From Desulfobacterales bacterium (GTDB lineage Bacteria > Desulfobacterota > Desulfobacteria > Desulfobacterales > UBA5852): a DNA stretch of 64,000 nucleotides. The DNA lies in the NCBI GenBank assembly GCA_963674755.2, contig CAXXVS010000003.1, forward strand, positions 1,888,001-1,952,000, read 5' to 3'. Positions 36,629 to 48,010 of the stretch are shown here, in pieces (positions within the stretch are counted from its first letter, which is position 1; each line of letters begins with the position of its first letter). The position numbers were made by a program, and so were the translations under genes. The notes below the pieces were generated by a model. It was not told the origin of the DNA, made no database searches, and saw only the letters and a list, made by a program, of their open reading frames with translations.

Positions 36629-37756
36629 ATGTACCAACAAAGCGATTGTGCTGAAAAAATTAGAGAAATCAAACACGAGGCCCAGGAAAGGGGCGTCGAA
36701 GCGTCGTCTCCCAGCGACCAGGTGCGCAAGCAGATCCTGATCGTTGACGACGAACGCCCGATCCGGATGCTCTTGCAAAAGATCCTGGAGACCAATGGCT
36801 ACGACTGCCGGGCCGCCGAAAACGCGGCCGAGGCACGCGTCCTGATGTCCGCCCAGGCCAGTGATCTGATCCTGTGCGACATCAACATGCCCGGGGAATC
36901 CGGTCTGGACTTCATCCGCCATGTGCTCAAGGCGTTCCCCGACACGGCGGCCATCATGGTGTCGGCCATCGGCGATCCCCTGTTGGCGGAGTCCATGCTC
37001 CAGTTAGGCGTTTATGACTACATCATCAAACCCATGGACCGCAACGGCATCCTGATCAGTGTGGCCAATGCCTTCCGCCGGCGCGACCTGGAAATTGCCA
37101 ACCGTTCCTACCGGCGCAATCTCGAAGAAATGGTGGATGAGCGCACCGACTCCCTCCAGCGCAGTATGAAAAAACTGGAAAACGCCATGAACGGCATCGT
37201 GCGGGCCATTGCCCACACGGTTGAGACGCGTGATCCGTACACCGCCGGCCATCAGCGCCGGGTGGCCGATCTGGCCGTGGCGCTGGCCCAGGCCGTGGGG
37301 TTTGAGGCGGAAATGATCGAAGCCGTGCGCATGGCCGCCATTATCCACGATTTGGGCAAGATCAGCGTCCCGGCCGAGATCCTGAGCAAGCCCAGCCGAT
37401 TGACGGTCAACGAGTTCAACCTGATCAAGGAACACCCCCAGGTGGGCTACAATATTCTCAAGGATATCGAATTCCCCTGGGAAATTGCCACCATGGTCTA
37501 CCAGCACCACGAGAAGCTGGATGGCAGCGGCTATCCCTTAGGCCTTTCCGGGGACGAGATCCTGCCTGAGTCGCGCGTGCTGACCGTGGCCGATGTGGTC
37601 GAGGCCATGGCCTCCCACCGCCCCTACCGGCCGGGGTTGGGCATTGACATCGCCCTGGAGGAAATCCAGAAGAACCAGGGCCGGCTCTATGATCCGAAAG
37701 TGGCCGCCGCCTGCCAGAGCCTTTTCAAGGAGGAGCGCTTTTCTTTCGAGAAGTAA
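36629..37756 (+). CDS. Response regulator with HD-GYP phosphodiesterase domain
   Basis: ILIVDDE, CDINMPG, RDPYTAGH, HDLGK, HHEKLDGSGYP. Confidence 0.93.
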   Translation: MYQQSDCAEKIREIKHEAQERGVEASSPSDQVRKQILIVDDERPIRMLLQKILETNGYDCRAAENAAEARVLMSAQASDLILCDINMPGESGLDFIRHVLKAFPDTAAIMVSAIGDPLLAESMLQLGVYDYIIKPMDRNGILISVANAFRRRDLEIANRSYRRNLEEMVDERTDSLQRSMKKLENAMNGIVRAIAHTVETRDPYTAGHQRRVADLAVALAQAVGFEAEMIEAVRMAAIIHDLGKISVPAEILSKPSRLTVNEFNLIKEHPQVGYNILKDIEFPWEIATMVYQHHEKLDGSGYPLGLSGDEILPESRVLTVADVVEAMASHRPYRPGLGIDIALEEIQKNQGRLYDPKVAAACQSLFKEERFSFEK

Positions 37757-37914
37757 AGCGGTTGGTTTCAAACGTGCCCTTGCGGCGTCGTGCCGCCTGA
37801 CGCATTCCTTCAGCAGATGCCATCCCCTCAAGAACCCATCAGATGGGAAATCCTGTTCTGCGGGATATCCCGGCTTCGTCTCGATTTCGAGCGCCCCCCA
37901 TTTTGAGATGGGTC

Positions 37915-39084
37915 CTAGGCCATGTGGGTCTTGGGCGTGCGCTTGTCTTTGAGCAGATGGTTGCTGATGACCACGCGCTGAATTTCCGAGGTGCCCTCAT
38001 AGATGGTAAAAACCCGGGCATCCCGATAATAGCGTTCCACCGGATAATCCTTGGTGAAGCCGTAGCCGCCGTGGATCTGAATGGCCTTGGCCGTGAGGCG
38101 ATTGACCATTTCCGAGGCAAAGAGTTTGGCCATGGAGGCCTGGCGGGTATATTTGGCTTTCTGGTCCTTCATGGCCGCGGCGGACATGGCCAATTGGCGG
38201 GCAGCTTCCAATTCGGTGGCCATGTCGGCCAGCATCCAGCGCAGCCCTTGAAACTTGGCGATTTTCTGCCCGAATTGGACCCGTTCCTGGGCGTATTTGA
38301 TGGAGGCGTCCAAGGCGGCCTGGGCCACGCCGATGGATTGGGCGGCGATGCCGATACGTCCGCCATCCAGGGCCGTCATGGCCAGTTTGAAGCCCTCGCC
38401 CTCCTGCCCCAGAAGGTTTTCGGCCGGCACCCGGCAATCGTCGAAGATCAGGTCAGTGGTGTCCGAGGCCCGCAGCCCCATCTTGTCTTCCTCGTGACCC
38501 ACCTTGAAGCCGGGGGTGCCCTTCTCCACGATGAAGGCGCTGATGCCCCGGTGACGCTGGGCTTCGTCGGTCTTGGCGGTGACGATCACCAGACCGGAGT
38601 TCTTGCCGGTGGTGGTAAAGCGCTTGGTGCCGTTGATCACATAGGCGTCCCCGTCCCGGACGGCGGAGGTGATCTGGCTGACCGGGTCGGAGCCGGCTTC
38701 CGGTTCCGTCAGGGCGAAGGCGCCGATTATTTTGCCCGCCGTCAGTTGGGGCAGGTATTTGGCTTTCTGCCCCTCCGAGCCATAGCGCAGGATGCTTTCG
38801 CAGACGATGGAATTGTGGACGGACATGACCACGGCGGTGGCGGCGCAGGCGTAGGCGATTTCCGACAAGGCCAGGACGTAGCTGATGGTGTCGGCTCCCT
38901 CGCCGCCGTATTCGGGGGGCACCATCATGCCCATGAGCCCCAGTTCGGCCATCTTTTTGAGGTTGCCGGCCGGGAATTCCTTGGTACGGTCGCGTTCCGC
39001 TGCGGTCGGGGCGATGACTTTGCGGGCAAATTCCCGCACCATGGCCTGGATCATCAACTGCTCGTCGGTAAACCGGAAAAGCAT
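37915..39084 (-). CDS. Acyl-CoA dehydrogenase (short/branched chain)
   Basis: FALTEPEAGSD, GRIGIAAQ, QIHGGYG, IYEGTSEIQR. Confidence 0.93.
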   Translation of the reverse strand: MLFRFTDEQLMIQAMVREFARKVIAPTAAERDRTKEFPAGNLKKMAELGLMGMMVPPEYGGEGADTISYVLALSEIAYACAATAVVMSVHNSIVCESILRYGSEGQKAKYLPQLTAGKIIGAFALTEPEAGSDPVSQITSAVRDGDAYVINGTKRFTTTGKNSGLVIVTAKTDEAQRHRGISAFIVEKGTPGFKVGHEEDKMGLRASDTTDLIFDDCRVPAENLLGQEGEGFKLAMTALDGGRIGIAAQSIGVAQAALDASIKYAQERVQFGQKIAKFQGLRWMLADMATELEAARQLAMSAAAMKDQKAKYTRQASMAKLFASEMVNRLTAKAIQIHGGYGFTKDYPVERYYRDARVFTIYEGTSEIQRVVISNHLLKDKRTPKTHMA

Positions 39085-39139
39085 GCCGTCCTCCTGTTCA
39101 TCCATTTGGGGCTAAAATGGCGAGGGGTCTCTGAGCGGG

Positions 39140-39691
39140 TCAGGGGCCGTAGACCACCACCAGCATCTCGACGCGCCGATCGCTGATATTGCGCATACGG
39201 TGGCGAATGCCGGAATTGAAGTGCAGGGAGTCGCCCTCTTCCAGAACGTTGATATGCTCCCCCACGGCGATTTCGACGGCGCCTTGCAGCACGTAGACGA
39301 ATTCTTCGCCCTCATGCTGGTAGCCCACCCCCTCGTGGTCCTGCCGCGGCTCGATGGCCACCTTGAAGGCCTTGAGGTGTTTGTTTTCGGCGCCCGGCGT
39401 CAGGGTGGCGTAGGCGTAGTTGTCCGTCCGTTTGGTATAGGCCTGCACCCGGTCCTGTACGGCCGAGGCCTGCTCCCGCAGAAAGAACGTGGAGTCGATT
39501 TCCAGGGCGCGGGCGATCTGCAGCAGGGCACCCACCGGGGGAATTTTCTTGCCGGCTTCGATCTCTTTCAGATAGTCGATGGCAAACCCGGTATCGTTGG
39601 CCATGGCCTCCAGCGTAATGTTCTTCTTGGAGCGCACCTTTTTGATCTTCTGACCTACGGTTTCCATTTCGCTTTTCTTCTTTTGCGCCAT
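39140..39691 (-). CDS. XRE-HTH/cupin transcriptional regulator
   Basis: N-terminal HTH; HEGEEFVYVL and GDSLHFNS..H cupin motifs. Confidence 0.9.
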   Translation of the reverse strand: MAQKKKSEMETVGQKIKKVRSKKNITLEAMANDTGFAIDYLKEIEAGKKIPPVGALLQIARALEIDSTFFLREQASAVQDRVQAYTKRTDNYAYATLTPGAENKHLKAFKVAIEPRQDHEGVGYQHEGEEFVYVLQGAVEIAVGEHINVLEEGDSLHFNSGIRHRMRNISDRRVEMLVVVYGP

Positions 39692-39726
39692 GACGCCTCC
39701 TTAGTTCCTGCTTTGTTACAATCCGA

Positions 39727-40590
39727 TCATTTCGATCCCCGATCGTAGCGGTAGAACCCCTGTCCGCTCTTGTGGCCCAGCCAGCCGGCTTCCACGTATT
39801 TGCGCAGCAGGGGACAGGGCCGGTATTTGGAATCGCTGAAGCCGTTGTAAAGGGTCTCCATGATGGCCAGGCAGGTATCCAGACCGATCAGGTCCGCCAG
39901 GGCCAGGGGCCCCATGGGGTGGTTCATGCCCAGCTTCATGACCGTATCGATAGCCTCGGCCTCCCCCACCCCGTGGTAGAGGCAGAAAACAGCCTCGTTG
40001 ATCATGGGCATGAGGATGCGGTTGGCGATGAAGCCGGGGAAATCGTTGGCTTCGGCCGGGATTTTGCCGAAGCGCTCGGAAAGGGACCAGGTGAGCGCAA
40101 AGGTCTCCTCCGAGGTGGCCAGCCCCCGGATGACTTCCACCAGTTTCATGACCGGCACGGGGTTCATGAAATGCATGCCGATCACCTTGTCCGGCCGGCC
40201 GGTCTGGGCGGCGATGCGGCCGATGGGAATCGAGGAGGTGTTGGTGGCCAGAATCGTGTCCGGCGGGCAGATGCGGTCCAGATCACGGAAGATGCCGAAT
40301 TTCAGGTCTTCCCGTTCGGTGGCTGCTTCCACCACAACATCCGCTTCGGCCATATCCTTGAGATCGGTGCTGGGCTTGATGCGCCCCAGGATGGCGCTTT
40401 TTTCATCGGCGCCCAGGCGCCCCTTGGCAACACCGCGCTCCAGGTTGGCGGCGATAACGCCCAGGCCCCTGTCGACGAATTCCGGCTTGATGTCGTTCAT
40501 GATCACTTGCAGCCCGCTGGCGGCCGCCACCTGGGCGATGCCGTTGCCCATCTGGCCCGCGCCCACCACACCGAAGACTTTGACTTCCAT
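39727..40590 (-). CDS. hbd: 3-hydroxybutyryl-CoA dehydrogenase
   Basis: GAGQMGNGIA, TNTSSI, GMHFMNPVP, HPMGPL.LADLIGLD. Confidence 0.92.
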   Translation of the reverse strand: MEVKVFGVVGAGQMGNGIAQVAAASGLQVIMNDIKPEFVDRGLGVIAANLERGVAKGRLGADEKSAILGRIKPSTDLKDMAEADVVVEAATEREDLKFGIFRDLDRICPPDTILATNTSSIPIGRIAAQTGRPDKVIGMHFMNPVPVMKLVEVIRGLATSEETFALTWSLSERFGKIPAEANDFPGFIANRILMPMINEAVFCLYHGVGEAEAIDTVMKLGMNHPMGPLALADLIGLDTCLAIMETLYNGFSDSKYRPCPLLRKYVEAGWLGHKSGQGFYRYDRGSK

Positions 40591-40611
40591 GCTTTCCTCC
40601 TAGTGAAAAAC

Positions 40612-40700
40612 GGTTCAAGGATTCTGGGATTCAAGGGCCGAGGGTATAAAGGCGGTTCACGTTCACTTGAACCCTTGACCCCTCGGATCCTTGGTCCCTT
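40612..40700. repeat. Short 8-nt-period repeats in inverted arrangement
   Basis: GGTTCAAG/GATTCTGG/GATTCAAG facing CTTGAACC/CTTGACCC/CTCGGATC; the 19-mer CCTTGACCCCTCGGATCCT also occurs at 22304-22322. Confidence 0.6.
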
Positions 40701-40704
40701 GTCG

Positions 40705-41883
40705 TTATGGTCTCGTTACCACCAGCGCCACGGCTTCGCCGCCGCCCAGGCAGAGGGAGGCCAGGCCGGTCTTGCTGCCCCGGCGCTCCATTTCGTACAA
40801 CAGGGTCACCAGCACCCGGCCGCCGCTGGCCCCGATGGGATGTCCCAGGGACACGGCCCCGCCGTTGACGTTTACCTTGGCCGGATCCATGTCCAGTTCC
40901 CGCAGCACCGCCAGGGTGGAACCGCTGAAGGCTTCGTTGATCTCGAAGAGGTCTACGTCTGCGATGCCGATCCCCTGTTTGGCCAGGCATTTGGGAACGG
41001 CCCAGATGGGCGCCACCAGCACGTATTTCATGTCAATCCCGTAGGATGCCTGGGCCCCGACGCGGGCCAGGATCCGGCAGCCGGCCGCCTCGGCCTTTTC
41101 CCGGGCCATGACCACCAGGGCGGCGGCGCCGTCGCTGATGATGGAAGCGTTGCCGGCCGTGGCCGTGCCGGTTTTCTGGAAGGCCGGCCGCATGGCGGCC
41201 AGGGCGTCATAAGAGGTTTCACGGACGCATTCGTCCTGATCAAAGACCTTTGCCGGGCCCTTGCGCTGGGGGATCTCCACCGGCAGGATCTCATCCTTGA
41301 ACCGGCCCGCGGCGATGGCGTCCAGGGCACGGCGGTAGGACTCGGCTGCGTAGCGGTCCTGGTCTTCCCGGGAGACCCCGTATTTTTCGGCGCACAGGTC
41401 GTTGGAGATGCCCATGTGGAAGTCGTTGACATGGTCCCACAAGCCGTCGTTGATCATGCTGTCCTTGAGAACGCCGCTGCCCATCCGGTAGCCGGTGCGG
41501 GCTTTATCCAGATAATGGGGGGCCATGCTCATGGTTTCCATGCCGCCCGCCACCACCACGTCGGCATCGCCCACCTGGATGGCCTGGGTTGCCAGCATGA
41601 CGGCTTTGAGGCCCGAACCGCAAACCTTGTTGACCGTGATGCATTCCACCGCGTCGGGCAGGCCGGCCTTGACCGCGGCCTGTTTGGCCGGGTTCTGGCC
41701 GTAGCCCAGGGGCAGCACCTGGCCCATGATGGCCTCGTCCACGTCCTCTTTGGCGATGCCGGCCCGTTTTACGGCTTCGGCGATTACGAGGCCGCCCAAC
41801 GTCGTGGCCCCCGTGGTGCTCAGGGTGCCGCCGAAGCTTCCCAGCGGCGTTCGCACCGCGCTGACAATGACAACCTCTCTCAT
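40705..41883 (-). CDS. Acetyl-CoA acetyltransferase (thiolase)
   Basis: NKVCGSGL, EINEAF, GHPIGASG, LCLGGGE; AGGAGG RBS before ATG 41883. Confidence 0.94.
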   Translation of the reverse strand: MREVVIVSAVRTPLGSFGGTLSTTGATTLGGLVIAEAVKRAGIAKEDVDEAIMGQVLPLGYGQNPAKQAAVKAGLPDAVECITVNKVCGSGLKAVMLATQAIQVGDADVVVAGGMETMSMAPHYLDKARTGYRMGSGVLKDSMINDGLWDHVNDFHMGISNDLCAEKYGVSREDQDRYAAESYRRALDAIAAGRFKDEILPVEIPQRKGPAKVFDQDECVRETSYDALAAMRPAFQKTGTATAGNASIISDGAAALVVMAREKAEAAGCRILARVGAQASYGIDMKYVLVAPIWAVPKCLAKQGIGIADVDLFEINEAFSGSTLAVLRELDMDPAKVNVNGGAVSLGHPIGASGGRVLVTLLYEMERRGSKTGLASLCLGGGEAVALVVTRP

Positions 41884-41896
41884 ATCTCCTCCTTGT

Positions 41897-42020
41897 GGGC
41901 GGATGCGTAAAACGCCCGATAGCGGCGTTACGCGAATTTCTCGTCGCTGCGGCGTACTTGAGTACGCCTCTCTCCTCAAAATCCGCAAGCCTTGTTCTCG
42001 AACGTTTTACGCATCCGCCC
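41897..42020. repeat. Palindromic intergenic repeat, subfamily B
   Basis: 18-bp perfect terminal IR GGGCGGATGCGTAAAACG; same core as 27002-27122. Confidence 0.82.
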
Positions 42021-42252
42021 GAGTTGAATTGAACATTCACATTTCGATATTTAGGCGACTTTATAGATCGCAGCTTGGTGATTTGCGATGTATTTTTCAG
42101 TCTAAGCGAGTCTTGTTCTCGATGGCCTTTCTATATCCTGCGATTCAAGAAGCATGTCATAGGAAGTCATCCCGTTGTTGCCGCGGCCTGCAAAAATTCA
42201 CTACACTCCTCGGGCACCGCAAGCCGTGGAGTCTTAAATGCTCCCTCTCGAT

Positions 42253-42379
42253 AAAGGCTGCTGTCAGGCGGTAGATTTTCGATCCCGGCAAGGCCGCAGC
42301 CGATTGGCCCCCGCAGGCGCAGCGGCGCTGCGTCGAGGACGGACAAGGGGCGAAAAGATGCTGTCTGACGGCGGCCTTT
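42253..42379. repeat. Palindromic intergenic repeat, subfamily A (reverse orientation, internally shortened)
   Basis: GGTAGATTTT...GGCAAGGCCGCAG...CGCAGGCGCAGC-GGC-GCTGCGTCGAGGAC. Confidence 0.75.
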
Positions 42380-45300
42380 TACATGTTGCGGCGGTATTTT
42401 CCGCCAACCTCATACAGCGCCCCGGTGATCTGGCCCAGGGAGCAGGTCTTCACAGCCTCCATGAGCTCGGCGAAGATGTTCCCGCCGGACAGGGCGGCCT
42501 GCTGCAGGCGTTCCAGGGCCTGGGGCGCCTCGTCCTGGTGGCGGGCGTGAAAGTCGGCCAGACGCTTGAGCTGGGAGGATTTCTCTTCTTCCGTGGCCCG
42601 GGCCAGCTCGACGCCCTCCGAGAGTTCGTCCTCGTGGGCATCCGGGTCGCGAAAAGTGTTGACCCCGATGATGGGCAGATCGCCGGTATGCTTCAGGGTT
42701 TCATAATAAATGGATTCCTCCTGGATCTGGCCCCGCTGGTAGCCGGTTTCCATGGCGCCCAGGACGCCGCCGCGTTCGGTGATGCGGTCGAATTCCAGCA
42801 GGACGGCCTCCTCCACCAGGTCGGTCAATTCGTCCACGATGAAGCTGCCCTGCAGCGGATTTTCGTTCTTGGCCAGGCCCCACTCCCGGTTGATGATCAT
42901 CTGGATGGCCAGGGCCCGGCGCACCGATTCCTTGGACGGGGTGGTGATGGCCTCGTCGAAGGCGTTGGTGTGCAGGCTGTTGCAATTGTCGTAGATGGCG
43001 CACAGGGCCTGCAGGGTGGTGCGGATGTCGTTGAACTGGATGTCCTGGCTGTGCAGGGAGCGGCCCGAGGTCTGGATGTGGTACTTGAGCATCTGGGAGC
43101 GGGCCGAGGCGCCGTATTTATCCCGCAGGGCCACGGACCAGATGCGCCGTGCCACGCGGCCGATGACGGTGTACTCGGGATCCATGCCGTTGGAGAAGAA
43201 GAAGGAGAGATTCGGTCCGAAATGGTCCAGCGGCATGCCCCGGGAGAGATAGTATTCCAGATAGGTGAACCCGTTGGCCAGGGTGAAGGCCAGCTGGGAG
43301 ATGGGGTTCGCGCCGGCCTCGGCGATATGGTAGCCCGAGATGGAGACGGAGTAGAAATTGCGGACGTTGTTTTCGATGAAAAAGGCCTGGATGTCGCCCA
43401 TCATCTTGAGGGCGAAATCGATGGAGAAGATGCAGGTGTTCTGCCCCTGGTCCTCCTTGAGGATGTCGGCCTGGACCGTGCCGCGCACGTTGGCCAGGAC
43501 GTCGACCCGGATCTGATGATAGACGTCTTGGGATGGTGCTTTGCCGTTTTCGGCCCGGTAGCGTTCCACCTGCTGATCGATGGCCGTATTGAGAAACATG
43601 GCCAGGACGATGGGGGCCGGCCCGTTGATGGTCATGGAGACCGATGTGCTCGGCGCGCAGAGCTCGAAGCCGCCGTAGAGCACCTTGACGTCGTCCAAAG
43701 TGCAGACGCTCACCCCGGAAGTCCCCACCTTGCCGTAGATATCGGGCCGCGGGTCCGGGTCGTAGCCGTAGAGGGTGACGGAATCGAAGGCCGTGGAAAG
43801 GCGTTTGGCGGCGCTTTCGGCCGAGAGCAGCTTGAAGCGGCGGTTGGTGCGGGCCGGGTCGCCCTCGCCGGCGAACATGCGGGTGGGGTCTTCGCCCACC
43901 CGTTTGATGGGGAAGACGCCGGCCGTGTAGGGAAAGTAGCCGGGCAGGTTTTCGCGCCGCAGCCAGCGGTAGATCTCGCCGGGGTCCTTGAAATGGGGCA
44001 GGGCGATTTTGGGAATCTTTTTGCGACACAGGGATTCGGAAAAGAGCGGGACGCGGATCTCCCGGTCGCGGACCTGATAGACCAGCTCGTCCTGTTGATA
44101 CGCCTTTTGGGTCTTTTTCCAGCCCTCCACCAGGGCGGTGGTTTCCGGATCCAGGGCCTGACGGGCCTTAGCGGTGGCCTGGTTCAATGGCGCCAGCAAC
44201 TCCCCGGTGGTATCGCCCGGGGTTTCAGCGGATAGGGTGCGGGCGGTTTCCTCCAGGTGCCATACCCGGCGCAACAGATCGGCCTGATCGTCGGTGCGGC
44301 GATGGTAGTGGCGTACGGTGTCCGCGATTTCGGCCAGGTAGCGGGTGCGTTCGGGCGGAATGATGATGGTCTTGGAGGAGGAGACCCGGGTGGCCGGGCG
44401 GGACAGCTGGGAGGCGAAAGCCACTCCGGTCTTTTCACTGATGGTGTCCAGTAGGCCGTGGTAGAGGGCGGTCACCCCGTCGTCGTTGAACTTGGAGGCG
44501 ATGGTGCCGTAGACGGGCATTTCCTCCGGCGCCTTTTCAAAGGCCATCCGGTTGCGCTGCACCTGTTTACGCACGTCGCGCACGGCATCTTCGCCGCCGC
44601 GCTTTTCGAATTTGTTGACCACCACGATGTCGGCGAAATCGAGCATGTCGATTTTTTCGAGCTGGGAAGCCGCCCCGAATTCGGCGGTCATGACGTAGAC
44701 GGAAATGTCTACCATATCGACGATGAGGGAGTCGCCCTGGCCGATGCCGGCGGTTTCGGCAATGATCAGATCGAAACCGGCCGCCTTGGCCACCTGGACG
44801 ATGTCGCTCATGGCCTCGGGAATCTCGGTGTGGGAGCGCCGGGTGGCCAGCGAGCGCATATAGACCCGGGAATTGCCGATGGCATTCATGCGGATGCGGT
44901 CCCCCAGCAGGGCGCCGCCCGTCTTGCGGCGGGAAGGATCGGCGCTGATGATGGCCACGCGGAGGTCCTTGAGATCGAGGAGCATGCGCTGGATCAGCTC
45001 GTCGGTCAGCGACGACTTGCCCGAGCCGCCCGTACCGGTGATGCCGATCACCGGAATGGTGCGCTGGGGCGTGCGGGCCTGGAGTTCTTCCCGCAGTTGG
45101 GCCAGATGGCCGTTTTGCATGGCCTTGGCCTGCTCCACAGTGGTAATCAGATTGGCTACGAGCAGTTTGTTGTCAGGATCCAGCCGGCTCAGGTCGGGCG
45201 CCTGGCCGCTGGCCCGGGGAAAATCCATGGTTTTCACCATGTGGTTGATGATGCCTTGCAGCCCCAGGTGTGCGCCGTCTTCCGGGGAGTAGATCTTGGC

Positions 45301-45657
45301 CACGCCATAGGCCTCCAGCTCCCGGATTTCCTCCGGCACGATGACGCCCCCCCCGCCGCCGAAGACCTTGACGTGATCCGCTCCAGCCTCCTTGAGAAGA
45401 TCCACCATGTACTTGAAGTATTCCACATGGCCGCCCTGATAGCTGGAAACGGCGATGCCCTGGACATCCTCCTCCACGGCGGCATCCACGATTTCCTGCA
45501 CCGCGCGGTTGTGGCCCAGGTGGATCACTTCCACGCCGGTGCTCTGCAGGATGCGCCGGAAGATGTTGATGGAGGCATCGTGGCCGTCGAAAAGCGAGGT
45601 GGCCGTGACGACCCGGATGCTGTTTTGGGGCTGGTATACTTCAGTGGCTGCGGTCAT
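42379..45657 (-). CDS. icmF: Fused isobutyryl-CoA mutase/GTPase
   Basis: B12-binding [10 protein letters not shown], MeaB-like GTGGSGKSS and DRIRMN, mutase [20 protein letters not shown]; 1092 aa. Confidence 0.93.
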   Translation of the reverse strand: MTAATEVYQPQNSIRVVTATSLFDGHDASINIFRRILQSTGVEVIHLGHNRAVQEIVDAAVEEDVQGIAVSSYQGGHVEYFKYMVDLLKEAGADHVKVFGGGGGVIVPEEIRELEAYGVAKIYSPEDGAHLGLQGIINHMVKTMDFPRASGQAPDLSRLDPDNKLLVANLITTVEQAKAMQNGHLAQLREELQARTPQRTIPVIGITGTGGSGKSSLTDELIQRMLLDLKDLRVAIISADPSRRKTGGALLGDRIRMNAIGNSRVYMRSLATRRSHTEIPEAMSDIVQVAKAAGFDLIIAETAGIGQGDSLIVDMVDISVYVMTAEFGAASQLEKIDMLDFADIVVVNKFEKRGGEDAVRDVRKQVQRNRMAFEKAPEEMPVYGTIASKFNDDGVTALYHGLLDTISEKTGVAFASQLSRPATRVSSSKTIIIPPERTRYLAEIADTVRHYHRRTDDQADLLRRVWHLEETARTLSAETPGDTTGELLAPLNQATAKARQALDPETTALVEGWKKTQKAYQQDELVYQVRDREIRVPLFSESLCRKKIPKIALPHFKDPGEIYRWLRRENLPGYFPYTAGVFPIKRVGEDPTRMFAGEGDPARTNRRFKLLSAESAAKRLSTAFDSVTLYGYDPDPRPDIYGKVGTSGVSVCTLDDVKVLYGGFELCAPSTSVSMTINGPAPIVLAMFLNTAIDQQVERYRAENGKAPSQDVYHQIRVDVLANVRGTVQADILKEDQGQNTCIFSIDFALKMMGDIQAFFIENNVRNFYSVSISGYHIAEAGANPISQLAFTLANGFTYLEYYLSRGMPLDHFGPNLSFFFSNGMDPEYTVIGRVARRIWSVALRDKYGASARSQMLKYHIQTSGRSLHSQDIQFNDIRTTLQALCAIYDNCNSLHTNAFDEAITTPSKESVRRALAIQMIINREWGLAKNENPLQGSFIVDELTDLVEEAVLLEFDRITERGGVLGAMETGYQRGQIQEESIYYETLKHTGDLPIIGVNTFRDPDAHEDELSEGVELARATEEEKSSQLKRLADFHARHQDEAPQALERLQQAALSGGNIFAELMEAVKTCSLGQITGALYEVGGKYRRNM

Positions 45658-45724
45658 AAACCCTCCTTACATCCACCATGGAAGGGCGCTGCAGGCCAGC
45701 GCCCTTTCTGGGACAAGAGATCTT

Positions 45725-46879
45725 CTATTTCAATTTTCCGATAAGGGCGCTGGCGATGGTGTTTTTCTGGATTTCGCGGGTGCCCTCATAGAGTTCGGTG
45801 ATCTTGGCATCGCGGTAGAAGCGCTCCACCTCGTACTCGCTCATGTAGCCGTAGCCCCCATGGAGCTGGATGGCCTCGTCACAGACCTCCACCGCCGTTC
45901 TGGCCGCCACCATCTTGGCCATGGAGGTCAGCTTGGGGTCGATACGCCCCTGGTCGAAATTCCAGGCCGCCTTGTAGGTCATCAGCCGCGCCAGCTCGAT
46001 CTTGGTGGCCATCTCGGCCAGCTTGTGCTGGGTCACCTGGAACTGGGCGATCTTCTTGCCGAACTGCTCGCGCTGCTTCACATAGGCCAGCGCTCGGTCA
46101 TAGGCCCCCTGGGCCGTACCCAGGGCCTGGGCCGCCACCTGGATGCGGCTCTCGTCAAAGAAATGCAGCACCTGGTAAAACCCCCGGCCCTCCTCGCCCA
46201 GGAGATTCTCCACGGGCACGCGCACGTCCTTGAAGTTCACCTCGGCCGTGGCCATCATGCGGATGCCCATCTTGCGGCCCACATCGGCCGTCGTCAATCC
46301 CTCACGGCCGGCCTCCACCAGAATCACGCTCATGCCCCGGTGGCTGGGGACAATCTCCCCGTCGGTCTGGCAGAGCACGCAGTACACGCTGGCCAGCCCC
46401 CCGTTGGTGATAAAGGTCTTGGTGCCGTTGATCACCCATTCGTTGCCGTCTTTCACCGCCGTGGTGTTCATGCGGGTGATGTCCGAACCGTGGTCGGGTT
46501 CGGTGAAGGCCCCGGCCGAAAGGGCCTGGCCCTCGGCGATCTTGGGCAGCCAGGCCTGCTTCTGGGCCTCGGTGCCGTTGTGCAAAATCAGCTCCGAGGC
46601 AAAGGCCGCCAAAGCCACCGCGCTGCCGATGGTGGAATCCCCCCGGCAAAGCTCCTCGATGACCAGAATGTCTTCCAGAGACCCCAGCCCCTGGCCGGAA
46701 TATGCTTCCGGAAAATGCACCCCGATCAGCCCCAGGTCACCGGCCTTCTGCCAGATCTTCCTGGGGAATTCGTGGGCCTCCTCCAGCTCCAGGGCCAGAT
46801 CCTTGTCAAACTCCCCCTTGGTGAAATCACGAACGGCCTTCACGATCTCCTGCTGTGTGCGATTTAACTCAAAGTCCAT
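45725..46879 (-). CDS. Acyl-CoA dehydrogenase
   Basis: FTEPDHGSD, QLHGGYGY, LYEGTREIQK. Confidence 0.92.
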   Translation of the reverse strand: MDFELNRTQQEIVKAVRDFTKGEFDKDLALELEEAHEFPRKIWQKAGDLGLIGVHFPEAYSGQGLGSLEDILVIEELCRGDSTIGSAVALAAFASELILHNGTEAQKQAWLPKIAEGQALSAGAFTEPDHGSDITRMNTTAVKDGNEWVINGTKTFITNGGLASVYCVLCQTDGEIVPSHRGMSVILVEAGREGLTTADVGRKMGIRMMATAEVNFKDVRVPVENLLGEEGRGFYQVLHFFDESRIQVAAQALGTAQGAYDRALAYVKQREQFGKKIAQFQVTQHKLAEMATKIELARLMTYKAAWNFDQGRIDPKLTSMAKMVAARTAVEVCDEAIQLHGGYGYMSEYEVERFYRDAKITELYEGTREIQKNTIASALIGKLK

Positions 46880-46921
46880 TGTGCGTCCCCATGTGTTGTT
46901 GCTGTGGTTAACGATAACGGT

Positions 46922-47605
46922 TTATCCCGTGTCGCCGCCGGCACGGACGGCCGGGGCGGGTTCCTCGGTATGGCACATGCTCAGAATGAAGGCGGTCTGG
47001 TGCCGGATATAATCCTCGATGGTGTAATGGCGCCCCAGAAACCAGCGCCGGAAGGTCCACATGTGTCCCATCACGGCGATGTTGTGGGCGATGAGGTCCA
47101 TGGCGGTTTCCGAGAGCAGCGGAATGTCTCCGGAGGCCATCAGCTGGGCCAGGGCGCGGGTGAACAGGCCGGTGATGCGCACATCGTTTTCCAGCACCAT
47201 CCGCCGCCATTTACCCGGCAGGGACTGGGTTTCCTGATAGATCAGGAGGATGTGGTCGCTCATGCGGTGGCAGACCAGCAGGTACTCCCGAACGACTTCG
47301 GTCAGGGGATTATCCTGGCGGGAGACCCGCTGCAGGGCATCCGCCATGCCGCGCTCCATTTCGGCATGGATGGCGTCGCAGACCAGGTAGAGCACGTCTT
47401 CCTTATTGGCGATGTACTCGTAGAGCGAACCGATGGAAATGCCGGCCGCCCGGGCAATCTGGCGGGTGGTGGTCTTGTGGAAGCCGTTTTGGATAAAGAG
47501 CTCCACGGCCGCATCGACGATCTGCCGGCGGCGGCGCTGCACGAGGTCCTGATTCTTGACCAGCGTGGGGATCGGCTGATGGGTGTCACGCGGGACGATG
47601 CCCAT
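46922..47605 (-). CDS. TetR family regulator
   Basis: AAVELFIQNGFHKTTTRQIARAAGISIGSLYEY..NKEDVL. Confidence 0.92.
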   Translation of the reverse strand: MGIVPRDTHQPIPTLVKNQDLVQRRRRQIVDAAVELFIQNGFHKTTTRQIARAAGISIGSLYEYIANKEDVLYLVCDAIHAEMERGMADALQRVSRQDNPLTEVVREYLLVCHRMSDHILLIYQETQSLPGKWRRMVLENDVRITGLFTRALAQLMASGDIPLLSETAMDLIAHNIAVMGHMWTFRRWFLGRHYTIEDYIRHQTAFILSMCHTEEPAPAVRAGGDTG

Positions 47606-47664
47606 GATGATCGCATCCTTTTCGGAATACAGGGAAGCCCGTCAGGCCATGGTGTCGAACAAAT

Positions 47665-47680
47665 CTGAACGAGCGCTCAG
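47665..47680. promoter_or_regulatory. Candidate TetR operator
   Basis: Imperfect palindrome CTGAACGAGCGCTCAG 60 bp upstream of tetR; half site AGCGCTCA repeated at ~47734. Confidence 0.55.
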
Positions 47681-48010
47681 TCGGAAATACATCCTCCAGA
47701 CGAAAGTTGTCAATATTTTTTTGGGGGTCGCAAAGCGCTCATTAACATCTGAAAAATGCTGGGATTTAATGCCCGTGCGAACCGGCTCCCGCAAGTTTTC
47801 CCCAAACGGAGGAACCCATTAAGGGGTTGTCAGATATCAAAATTTGACATAGGGACAGCTGGCGTTGTCATGAATTGTTTTAGCGATAATTATAAAAACG
47901 GCATTCATTAAATCGGGTTGATTAATCATATCGGTCCGGTGGTCGGGTCGGCCAAAGATACGCCGCCAGGCCCCGGCCTTATCCATGGGAAAGGGAGGAA
48001 CGTTCGCGCA

